Source of the DNA: an uncultured Terriglobus sp.
GTDB taxonomy: Bacteria; Acidobacteriota; Terriglobia; Terriglobales; Acidobacteriaceae
Assembly (NCBI GenBank): GCA_964244665.1
Contig: CAXTJO010000011.1
Coordinates: 430 to 64,429, forward strand
Direction of reading: 5' to 3'
DNA length: 64,000 nucleotides
The notes under the pieces: model-generated
Told to the model about the DNA's origin: nothing
What the model saw: the letters and a program-made list of their open reading frames with translations, nothing else
The model's database searches: none
Part shown: one piece after another, positions 41,354-50,329 of the stretch
Layout: the number at the start of each line of letters is the position of its first letter
How positions within the stretch are numbered: position 1 is the first letter of the stretch
Made by a program: the position numbers and the translations under genes

Positions 41354-43795
41354 GTGAAATCAGGCAGGCTGCAGGAGGCGACAAGCATCGCTCTTCTGTT
41401 TACGAGTTCGTTCGCATCGACAGGGAGTGCCCTGGCGCAAGCCGGTGTCACTACCGCTCCTGCGGCCCAGTCCACGACTCCTTCCGCGAACCCCGCCGCA
41501 GGTCAGACAGGCGCATCGCAGACCAATCCGACCGCGCCTGCCGCACCTGCACAGGAGCAGCTCGATACTACCGGCCGTCCCGGTATTCCCCAGGCACCCG
41601 GGCCCGTTGCCGTTGGACCGCTCTACCTGCGGCAAACCGATAAGGATTACACCCATCTCAAGGGCTATTTCCCAAAAGGCTTTGTCCCTCGTCCTTTTGC
41701 GCCATATACGTCGACGGATTACCAGGCGCCCCGGCTCGGCAACACGCCGCGCATCAACGACATTCTGCGCGACGGCAAGATCTTTCTCAGCCTGTCCGAC
41801 GCCATCCTGCTCGCGCTCGAAAACAACTATGACATCGAGATCGCCCGCGTTAACCTCGACATCGCCGACACTGACATTCTGCGTGCCAAGGCCGGCAGTA
41901 CCTTGCGCGGCGTCAGCACCGGCCTGGTCACCAACACGCTTGGCGGCAGTAGCACGACCGTGGCCGGCGGTGGTGGGCCCGGCGGCACGTCCACGGCCTC
42001 GGGCGGCGCCGGTGCCGGTGCCAACGGCCTTGTGCTTAGTACGCTCGGCAGCGGTCCAACCCCGCTAAGCCGTGACGGTATCCTGACCGGCACCGTTCAA
42101 TACGAGCAGCGTACCAGCCCGGGCGGTTCAGGCTTCGGCAGCTCGTCTTCAAGCAGTACGACAACGACGGGTACGGGAACAGGCACCGGAACGGGTACGG
42201 GTACCGGGACTGGAACAGGCACCGGGACTGGAACAGGCACCGGGACAGGCACGACCACCGCAAGCAATCTGTTCAATTCCAGTCCGACGCAGACCAACAC
42301 AGGCACCTACGACTTCCAATATTTCCAGGGCTTTGCCAGCGGCACCAGCCTGAACGTTTCGTATTCCAACTCGCGCGTTACATCGACGTCCACCTCGTCC
42401 TCGTTCAGCCCGTCGCTCACGTCGTCCTTTACCGCGACCGTAACGCAGCAGTTGCTGCAGGGCTTTGGACCCGGCATTCAGAGCCGCTTTATTGTGCAGG
42501 CCAAGAACGATCGCCGCATTGCCGACTCGGCGTTCCGGCAGCAGCTCATCTACACCATCACCCAGGTCGAGAGCATCTATTGGAATCTGGTCAGCGCCTA
42601 TGAAGACGTGCAGGCAAAGCAGCGTGCGCTTGTGCAGTCTACGCAGCTTGCCGGCGACAATCGCAAGCAGTTGCAGATCGGTACGCTTGCCCCGCTCGAT
42701 GTCGTCAATTCAGACCAGGCTGTTTCCACGGATCGGCAGTCGCTCACCACATCTGAGTCGAACCTTGAGTACCAGCAGTTGCTGATGAAGCAGGCGATCG
42801 TTCGCGACCTGAACGATCCGCAATTGTCGGCCGCGCCTGTTGTGCCTACCGAGCGCGTATCGCTCGACCGCCTGCCCGAGGAAGATATGCCGGTGGAGCA
42901 GCTTGTGAAGCTCGCCTATGCAAATAATCCATCGATTGAGCAGGCCGTGCTCAACATGGAAAATAACAAGATCGCCATTCGAGCAGAAAAGAACGGCCTC
43001 CTCCCTCAAGTTAACGCCTACGGCTTCTACGGTGGTTCGGGGATCGCGGGCCAGCCTAACGCGACGTCGATCGTCTGCCAACCATTTTTGCAGGCGAACG
43101 GCACACTCTCTGACCCGACTTGCGGCGGACTGAGCCGCGGTGGGTACGGTACGGCCTTTCAGAATGCCTTCAACAATTCCGCACCCGACAGGGGTGTTGG
43201 CGTTACGCTGAACGTGATTATTCGAAATCGCACAGCGCAGGCCGATCAGGCACGTTCGCAAATGGAATTTCGGCAAGCCCAGATGCGTCTGCAGCAAATC
43301 TATACGCAGACCCGTATCCAGGTGGTGAACCAGCAGTACGCGCTGACGAACGATCGCGCTGCGTATGTCGCAGCTCAGGCGGCGCGCGATTTTCAAGCGC
43401 AGTCGCTGGATGCCGAGCGCAAGAAATATCGGCTTGGCGCGTCCACGACGGCCAATGTGCTGACCCAGGAACGTGCCCTGGCCACAGCGGAGAACACCCT
43501 CATCTCAGCCACTGCGCTCTTCGCAAAAGATCGCTCCACGCTGCTGCAATTGCTCTCGAACACGCTTGATCGGTATGGCGTGAATATCGAGCAAGCCGTT
43601 ACCGGCACCCTGACGACCGCGCCCAATATTCCGGGCCTGACTGCACCCAAGGCGCCGGAAGCGCCCCGGCCGCTGACCAGCACGCCACCGCCACTGGCGC
43701 CGTTCAACGATCCACTCGCCCCGCCCAGCGGCGCGCTCTCTCAGCCCGTCGGCACGCAGGCACAACCTGGTGGAACGCAAACAACACCGCAGTAG
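41354..43795 (+). CDS. TolC-family outer membrane efflux protein (long form)
   Basis: LSLSDAILLALENN, YWNLV, GTLAPLDV, KYRLGASTTANV; signal peptide; Pro-rich tails. Confidence 0.88.
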   Translation: MKSGRLQEATSIALLFTSSFASTGSALAQAGVTTAPAAQSTTPSANPAAGQTGASQTNPTAPAAPAQEQLDTTGRPGIPQAPGPVAVGPLYLRQTDKDYTHLKGYFPKGFVPRPFAPYTSTDYQAPRLGNTPRINDILRDGKIFLSLSDAILLALENNYDIEIARVNLDIADTDILRAKAGSTLRGVSTGLVTNTLGGSSTTVAGGGGPGGTSTASGGAGAGANGLVLSTLGSGPTPLSRDGILTGTVQYEQRTSPGGSGFGSSSSSSTTTTGTGTGTGTGTGTGTGTGTGTGTGTGTGTTTASNLFNSSPTQTNTGTYDFQYFQGFASGTSLNVSYSNSRVTSTSTSSSFSPSLTSSFTATVTQQLLQGFGPGIQSRFIVQAKNDRRIADSAFRQQLIYTITQVESIYWNLVSAYEDVQAKQRALVQSTQLAGDNRKQLQIGTLAPLDVVNSDQAVSTDRQSLTTSESNLEYQQLLMKQAIVRDLNDPQLSAAPVVPTERVSLDRLPEEDMPVEQLVKLAYANNPSIEQAVLNMENNKIAIRAEKNGLLPQVNAYGFYGGSGIAGQPNATSIVCQPFLQANGTLSDPTCGGLSRGGYGTAFQNAFNNSAPDRGVGVTLNVIIRNRTAQADQARSQMEFRQAQMRLQQIYTQTRIQVVNQQYALTNDRAAYVAAQAARDFQAQSLDAERKKYRLGASTTANVLTQERALATAENTLISATALFAKDRSTLLQLLSNTLDRYGVNIEQAVTGTLTTAPNIPGLTAPKAPEAPRPLTSTPPPLAPFNDPLAPPSGALSQPVGTQAQPGGTQTTPQ
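42167..42256 (+). repeat. Coding (Thr-Gly)n repeat inside TolC
   Basis: TGTGTG tract; ACCGGGACTGGAACAGGC perfect 18-bp tandem at 42203-42238 plus a partial third copy. Confidence 0.9.
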
Positions 43796-43814
43796 TTTGG
43801 CGGCTCACAAGAAT

Positions 43815-43851
43815 AAGCCTCATGTCCTCTAATCGGGACATGGGGCTTTTT
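43815..43851 (+). terminator. Intrinsic terminator after tolC
   Basis: AAGCCTCATGTCC...GGACATGGGGCTT followed by a T run. Confidence 0.8.
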
Positions 43852-43883
43852 GCTGCCACACGTTTCCGCCGTAAACTGGGGAG

Positions 43884-46028
43884 ATGGACTCGCCGCTCAA
43901 CGCCCTCCAAAATAGTTCCTCTGCCTATCTGCGCTCCGCCATGCACCAGCCCGTGCAGTGGAACGAGTGGGGCGAAAGCGCCTTTGAAAAGGCGGCTGCC
44001 GAAGACAAGCCGATCCTGCTCGATATCGGCGCTGTCTGGTGTCACTGGTGCCATGTGATGGATCGCGAGTCCTATGAAAACGCCGACACCGCCGCGCTGA
44101 TCAATGCCCATTTTATTGCTGTCAAGGTTGACCGTGACGAGCGACCGGATGTCGATAGCCGCTACCAGGCTGCCGTTTCTGCCATCAGCGGCCAGGGCGG
44201 CTGGCCTCTGACTGCCTTTCTTACACCGCAGGGCAAGCCATACTTCGGCGGCACCTATTTTCCGCCGGACGAGCGTATGGGCCGTCCCAGCTTCAGCCGC
44301 GTTCTGCAGACGATGGCCCACGCCTTCCACGACCAGCGCGACCAGGTGAATGAATCCGCCGCCTCCGTCGTCCAGGCCGTGGAATACAACGAGGCCTTCG
44401 CCGGTGGATCAACCGACCTCGAGAACTCCAGCGCCGGCATTGCCCTTATCGACAAGCTGGTGGCCAGCGCCCTGCAGCAATTTGACCCGCGCCACGGTGG
44501 CTTCGGCTCGCAACCGAAGTTTCCGCATCCCGCTGCACTCGATATGCTGACCGACGCTGCCAGCCGGTCCGGCCGCAACCACGAACAGGCCGCCGAACCT
44601 ACCCTCAAGACGCTACACAGCATGTTTCGCGGCGGCATCTTCGACCAGCTTGCCGGTGGATTTCACCGCTATTCCGTGGACGAGCGTTGGGTCGTGCCCC
44701 ATTTCGAAAAGATGAGCTACGACAATTCCGAGCTTCTGCGCGCCTACACCCACGCATTCCAGACCTTTGTCGACCCAACCTGCGCCGAGGCCGCTACGCA
44801 GATTCTTGGCTGGATGGACGCTACTCTTACCGACCGCGTTCGGGGAGGTTTTTACAGTTCGCAGAATGCCGACCTTACGCTCGATGACGATGGTGATTAC
44901 TTCACCTGGACCCGCGCCGAGGCCGCCGCCGTCCTTACACCCGCGCAACTCAGCATCGCGGAACTCTACTTCGACATCGGTGCCGTCGGCGACATGCATC
45001 ACGATCCGACGCGTAACGTTCTATTCACGCCCTTTACCGTGGAGCAGGTTGCTACCCGCACGAACACCACTGTTGATCAAGCCGCGCAGATCCTCGCCGA
45101 AGCCCGTGCTGCACTCACTGCCGCGCGTCTCGCGCGTCCAGCACCGTTCGTCGATAAAACCCTCTATACCGGTTGGAACAGCATGGCGATCTCCGCCTAC
45201 CTCACCGCCGGTACCATCCTTCGCCTGCCGCAGACCACCGCCTTTGCGCTCCAGTCCCTCGACCGCGCCCTTGCTGCTGCCTACACGCCCGCTGACGCGG
45301 ACAGTCCCGCGCAGGTCCTGCACGTCATCGCGTGGGGTGACCCTGCAGCCCCCGCCAGCCATGTTCCGGGCGTGCTGGACGATTATGTTCAACTCGCCGC
45401 TGCGGCACTCGACGGCTGGCAGGCGACCGGCGCAATGCATTACTTCAATGCCGCCCAAGCCATCGCAGACGCGCTCCTCGTAGATTTCCAGGATCACGAT
45501 AAAGGGGGCTTTTTCGATACTCCTGCGGACCCGAACGCACTCGGCGCACTTACCGCGCGCCGCAAACCCCTGCAGGATTCTCCAACGCCAGCTGGCAATC
45601 CCGCCGCTGCCTCGCTCCTCCTTCGGCTATACGCCCTTACGGATTACGAGCCCTACCGTGCAGCAGCCCGGCGCACCCTTGAGTGCTTTGCCGCGATCGT
45701 GGAGCACTTTGGCCTTTACGCGGCTACCTTTGCCCTCGCGCTTGGCCGCCTGGTGCGTCCCGCCGTTCAGGTTGTGATCGTCGGCGAGGGCCCCTCCGCG
45801 CAAGAGCTTGAACTCGTCGCCCTCGCCCGCTATGCCGTTAACAAGACCGTCCTCCGGTTCCGCCCCGACCAGCTCAGCGAGTTGCCGTCCGCTCTGCAAC
45901 AAACCCTGCCCCATCTTCTGCCTGCCGAGCCCGGTACAGCCGTCGCCCTCGTCTGCGTCGGCACCGCATGCCAACCACCCGTCAGTTCCGCCGAAAGCCT
46001 AATCGAAACTCTCGCGGCGGTACTCTAA
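43884..46028 (+). CDS. Thioredoxin-domain protein YyaL/SSP411 (DUF255)
   Basis: WCHWCHVMDRESY, KVDRDERPDVD, GGWPLT, VPHFEKM. Confidence 0.93.
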   Translation: MDSPLNALQNSSSAYLRSAMHQPVQWNEWGESAFEKAAAEDKPILLDIGAVWCHWCHVMDRESYENADTAALINAHFIAVKVDRDERPDVDSRYQAAVSAISGQGGWPLTAFLTPQGKPYFGGTYFPPDERMGRPSFSRVLQTMAHAFHDQRDQVNESAASVVQAVEYNEAFAGGSTDLENSSAGIALIDKLVASALQQFDPRHGGFGSQPKFPHPAALDMLTDAASRSGRNHEQAAEPTLKTLHSMFRGGIFDQLAGGFHRYSVDERWVVPHFEKMSYDNSELLRAYTHAFQTFVDPTCAEAATQILGWMDATLTDRVRGGFYSSQNADLTLDDDGDYFTWTRAEAAAVLTPAQLSIAELYFDIGAVGDMHHDPTRNVLFTPFTVEQVATRTNTTVDQAAQILAEARAALTAARLARPAPFVDKTLYTGWNSMAISAYLTAGTILRLPQTTAFALQSLDRALAAAYTPADADSPAQVLHVIAWGDPAAPASHVPGVLDDYVQLAAAALDGWQATGAMHYFNAAQAIADALLVDFQDHDKGGFFDTPADPNALGALTARRKPLQDSPTPAGNPAAASLLLRLYALTDYEPYRAAARRTLECFAAIVEHFGLYAATFALALGRLVRPAVQVVIVGEGPSAQELELVALARYAVNKTVLRFRPDQLSELPSALQQTLPHLLPAEPGTAVALVCVGTACQPPVSSAESLIETLAAVL

Positions 46029-46261
46029 TCAGCTTTTGAGGCACGTCCAACGTGTCCTCACCGCTGCGCAGCTACTGCCGATAAGCGATGCAGAGGGTAT
46101 CCGTGACTCTTTCTGCCATTGCCGCTGATAGCATCGCGCACGCGATTTCCGTGCAGCTTCTTCGCCCGCTTTCCGCACTTCCAGCGTTGCCGCCCGCGCC
46201 GCAGCCACGTCGCTTAGATACCGTCACCATTCGTCACGCTGTCGCCTAGATCAGGCGTACT

Positions 46262-47287
46262 TCATTCCGCGCTTCCGGGCACCGCAGCCTGCGTTGGTGC
46301 GGCCGTCAGATCCGCTGCCTTCTCCATTACCACCGCGCTCACCGGCATTCCCAGAGCGATCCCTTCCGTTTCGCAGGCTAGCAGCAATCGCTTGCGCAAC
46401 TCTCGCAAAACTCCGTCCTTCTGGTTTGCCCGCACCTTTATGTTGATGGGATAGATCACTTCGCGCCCGGCAATCTTGTCCACACCCAGTATGTCTGGGT
46501 CTGCCACTGCCACGTCTTTGAACGCGGCGTCCTGCCGTACCTCGAGCGCGACGCGCCGCAGCAGTTCGATGACACGTTCCGGATCGACCCCGGCGTCCAC
46601 GCTGAAGTTTAGCGTTGCCACACTGTATTCCCGCGACAAGTTACTTACGGTCGCAATCTGCGAATTCGGCACAAAGTACATCGTCCCATCGCCATCCCGC
46701 AGCGTCGTCGATCGCAGCGTCAGGTCCTCGACCGTCCCTGTCAATCCGGCAACCTTGACGATGTCGCCCACGTTGAATTGATCTTCGATCAGGATAAAAA
46801 GTCCATTCAGCATGTCTTTAAAAAGGCTCTGCGCTCCGAACGAGATACCCAGTCCCACCACGCCCGCGCTCGCCAGCAGCGGCTTTAGATCGATGTTGAA
46901 CAGCGGCAACACCTGCAGCAGCACCAGGAATGCAATCACCCCGTACGCCGTTGTCCGCAGAAGGGTAGCCAGGGTCCTTAATTGCGACGCTCGCCGCACA
47001 TCACCCACCAGCGTATCCGCCAGGCGCCGCAGCCTCTTTACGGCGAACGCCACCAATCGCGCCAGTAAAAAACCAAGCAGTAGCACTACCAGAAGCCTGG
47101 GCACATCATGGCGCACGAAATCCACGACATCCGTGTGCCATTCACGGCCCAGATCGTGGAAGTTTTCGTCCTGCGCAGCGGCAGCAACAACCGCAGATGA
47201 TACGGCGACGGCACCTTTACCGGGCAGGGAGACAGTGGCGGAAAATAGGCGGCAACTTTCGATCATCCGTTCAATCATCGCATTCAC
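46262..47287 (-). CDS. MscS-family mechanosensitive channel
   Basis: GLGISFGAQSL, EDQFNVGD, GTVEDLTLRST, VPNS; start uncertain. Confidence 0.9.
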   Translation of the reverse strand: MNAMIERMIESCRLFSATVSLPGKGAVAVSSAVVAAAAQDENFHDLGREWHTDVVDFVRHDVPRLLVVLLLGFLLARLVAFAVKRLRRLADTLVGDVRRASQLRTLATLLRTTAYGVIAFLVLLQVLPLFNIDLKPLLASAGVVGLGISFGAQSLFKDMLNGLFILIEDQFNVGDIVKVAGLTGTVEDLTLRSTTLRDGDGTMYFVPNSQIATVSNLSREYSVATLNFSVDAGVDPERVIELLRRVALEVRQDAAFKDVAVADPDILGVDKIAGREVIYPINIKVRANQKDGVLRELRKRLLLACETEGIALGMPVSAVVMEKAADLTAAPTQAAVPGSAE

Positions 47288-47499
47288 AGGAGCTTATATC
47301 CCGTACTATGGCCCAAAGGGAACGCTGCTCGCGCATGGCCTCTACCGAGTTTTGGGGATAACCCGTCGGCAGTCCGCTCTGTTTCCGCAGCGCACGAATG
47401 CCTTCTCTTGCCGCTCCAGGGGAGACCGCCATGTTCCAGCAGACACGTACTGCCCAGATCGCCGCCCGCTCGTGTAGCAAGACAAAGGGCAACATTATC

Positions 47500-47895
47500 G
47501 TGGGCAACATCGCCCGACGTCGGCTCTGGATGCCAGCGGCTGCGCTGCTGCTCCTGCCTGCCTGTGGTGCCCAGAAATCCACGACCAGCGTTCCGCGGAG
47601 TTCCAGTGGCAACATCGGATCCGGCCCCGCTGGCGCGCAGAACAGTAGTCTTAACCCAACGTTTAGTAGCGTTGACCCTGAACGAGACGCTCGACTCGAA
47701 CATCTACGCGATTACACTCGCGCGGCAGAGCGTCAGAAGCGTATGGTGGATGACGCCAATCGGCTGGTCGCCCTTACCACCCGCTACCGTGCCAGCGTTT
47801 CAGAGCACGGCAAGGAGACGGCGGAGGACGCCAGGCTTCTGCTCGACATCGAGAAGCTTGCCCGGTCGGTCAAGGACCGCATGAGAGGCATGTAA
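47500..47895 (+). CDS. Hypothetical lipoprotein, helical C-domain
   Basis: Lipobox-like LLLPAC; C-terminal ERQKRMVDDANRL...IEKLARSVKDRM; start uncertain. Confidence 0.7.
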   Translation: MGNIARRRLWMPAAALLLLPACGAQKSTTSVPRSSSGNIGSGPAGAQNSSLNPTFSSVDPERDARLEHLRDYTRAAERQKRMVDDANRLVALTTRYRASVSEHGKETAEDARLLLDIEKLARSVKDRMRGM

Positions 47896-47932
47896 TGCGC
47901 TATACCCCCTCACGGTCCGCAGTACGGATGGT

Positions 47933-48313
47933 ATGGAAATGGTCACCCAGGTTTACCGGTTCGTCATAGCCACGCACGTTAGACAAACACCCTTTAAACA
48001 AACATTCTTCGCCGCATGTGCCCTTGCCGCCACTCTGGCCGCCCCCGTCATGTGCACAGCACAGTCATCGCAACCTGCCCTCATCCAGGGCAGCAATCCT
48101 GCACAGCACATGGAGCAGGAACGCCTCGGCGCCGCTGCCACCCAACGTCAGCAGAAGATGCTCGAGGATGCCGACAAGCTGTTGCAGATGGCGCAGCAGC
48201 TTAAAGTCAGCGTCGACAAGACCAATAAGAACGAGCTCTCCGTCGAGGTGATCCGCGAAGCCGAGCGCATTGAGAAACTTGCTCACCAGGTGAAAGAGGG
48301 TATGCGCCAATAA
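47933..48313 (+). CDS. Hypothetical secreted protein, paralogue of upstream gene
   Basis: Signal peptide; QRQQKMLEDADKL...IEKLAHQVKEGM. Confidence 0.75.
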   Translation: MEMVTQVYRFVIATHVRQTPFKQTFFAACALAATLAAPVMCTAQSSQPALIQGSNPAQHMEQERLGAAATQRQQKMLEDADKLLQMAQQLKVSVDKTNKNELSVEVIREAERIEKLAHQVKEGMRQ

Positions 48314-48343
48314 GCGCATCCCTCAATTCCACAAGCCCGGCCT

Positions 48344-50068
48344 CTATTGCACCCACGCCACCGCCGCACCCGCGTCCACCAGCGGCACTGCCATCGTCGG
48401 TACCGTTCTGGCCGACGACCGGATCGCCCCGGCAATGGTCGCCGCGTCCCAGCCGGGATGCGCTGCCTTCACCAGCGCCGCCACCCCCGCCACCAGCGGT
48501 GCAGATGCGCTTGTTCCAATTGCCTGCACATATTGCTGGTGGCCCAGATTGAAGCAGCCCATCGATGCTTGATTTGCCGGCAAACCGTCCGCCGTTCCCG
48601 GCTTGCTATTTGTGCACGCACCTCTCACAAAGCCACTTACACCTTCGTCCGGACCGAGGGGCAGGTCGCCGCCCGGTGCTGCAACCGCATTCAGCGGTGC
48701 CCCATAATTTGAGTAGTACGGCCGCGTCATCGGCCTCGCAACGCAGCTTCCAGGAGCACCGGTGTTCTCTTTGCAGTCCGGGTTCGTCGATGCCACCACG
48801 GCCAGCACATCGCGTGCCTGCGCCGGCAGCGAAACGTAGCGCGTGTTCGACAGATCGAATCCATCGTTTCCCGCAGCCGCTACCATCACTACACCCGCGT
48901 TTGCCGCCGCGTGCGTTACTCGGTCGAAGCTTACCTTCATGCCTGCGCCATCGCCGCTGTACAGGTCCACGATCGACCCCAGCGACAGCACGATTACGTC
49001 GGCATGCTGCGCCACCGCATCGTCGATGCCCTTCAGCAGCCACGACACCAGACCCGATGCCTCCCCCGCCGTGCATTGTGCCGCGAGCGTTGTGCCCGCT
49101 CCCGGCAGCCGCTGCAATACCTTGATATTCAGGATCGTCGCACCCGGTGCCATTCCAACGACACGGCCCGTGCTCGACCCCATGGCACCCGCCGCAAGTG
49201 ACGCTACCCAGGTACCGTGGCCCTGCTGATCCTGCGGTGTGCCGTCATCGCACGCACTTGGAAGTGCGGCCGTATCAATTTCTGTAATGTTTAGCGCCAA
49301 ATTCGGTGCAATGTCGGGGTGCTGCGCATCCACGCCGCTGTCCAGCACCGCGATGCGCACACCCTGGCCAAGCGTGGTGTTCCACGCGCCGTGTACCGTT
49401 CCACCGGCGACACCCATTCCATATCCGCCGGCGGCTTTAACAGCCCAGCCCTGGGAGCCCGAGTAGTACGTGTCCGCTGTCGATGCTGGTGCGGCAGGCG
49501 TCGTCGTGACAGGAGAGGTCTTCACCGGCGTCGTCGTCGGTGTGCTCACCGGTGTGCTCGTAACAGGTGGCTGCGTCACTGGCGTCGTCGCAACCGGCGC
49601 TGTCGGTGTCACCGTGACCGGTGCGCTCACCGGTCCGACCAACACCTTTACCGGCCCTGCCGGGGCTACCCGCGTCAGCCGTCCCGCCGCCGTTTCGTCC
49701 AGCTTGCTGTTCAATTGTGCCGGCACCACTCGGGTGCCCGTTACCACGCGATCCTGCAGGACATACTCCACCGCAGAATCGTGCAGCAGTCGCTGACGCC
49801 CCGTTGCGTCTGTCGCGACGGATACCATACCGAAGCGCTCGTGCCGATGTAGCATCCGCGCCCCCATGCGGCCCAGGCGCTGCTCCGCGTCCTCCGGCAC
49901 CGTGCCGCCGCGATACACCACAATGTAGCGGCCCTGCACCGTTGCACTCACCACGCCACCCGTTGCCGCGACGGCAGAAACGCACGGCGTTGCCGCAGCA
50001 AGCAGGCAGGCAAACGAGCGTGCAAAACGCACAGCGAAGGGGCGGGCAGGGCAATTGAAGAAGGGCAC
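48344..50068 (-). CDS. S8 subtilisin-like serine peptidase
   Basis: AVLDSG, HGTWVA, AAGN, GTSASAP; I9-like prodomain; Thr/Pro linker. Confidence 0.9.
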   Translation of the reverse strand: MPFFNCPARPFAVRFARSFACLLAAATPCVSAVAATGGVVSATVQGRYIVVYRGGTVPEDAEQRLGRMGARMLHRHERFGMVSVATDATGRQRLLHDSAVEYVLQDRVVTGTRVVPAQLNSKLDETAAGRLTRVAPAGPVKVLVGPVSAPVTVTPTAPVATTPVTQPPVTSTPVSTPTTTPVKTSPVTTTPAAPASTADTYYSGSQGWAVKAAGGYGMGVAGGTVHGAWNTTLGQGVRIAVLDSGVDAQHPDIAPNLALNITEIDTAALPSACDDGTPQDQQGHGTWVASLAAGAMGSSTGRVVGMAPGATILNIKVLQRLPGAGTTLAAQCTAGEASGLVSWLLKGIDDAVAQHADVIVLSLGSIVDLYSGDGAGMKVSFDRVTHAAANAGVVMVAAAGNDGFDLSNTRYVSLPAQARDVLAVVASTNPDCKENTGAPGSCVARPMTRPYYSNYGAPLNAVAAPGGDLPLGPDEGVSGFVRGACTNSKPGTADGLPANQASMGCFNLGHQQYVQAIGTSASAPLVAGVAALVKAAHPGWDAATIAGAIRSSARTVPTMAVPLVDAGAAVAWVQ

Positions 50069-50329
50069 GGAACACCTCTCGGGGAGTTATGTCGACAGCA
50101 CCACCGGCAGACTCTGCATTCTCCGGTGTTCCGATGTCGGACACTCCTCCTATCGGCACTGCCGCGCCATGCAACAGACCCGAACCCTGCGAAAACACAC
50201 ACGTCTCTCTTCGCTTTACAATCGGCAGGGAAGTGCCCGGTGCGTGCTGCGGCAAACGGCAAGCGAGTACAAGCGGCAAGCCACAATGCCGCCGGCAGGA
50301 ACACAACGCATCGCGGCAAAGGAGCGGCA

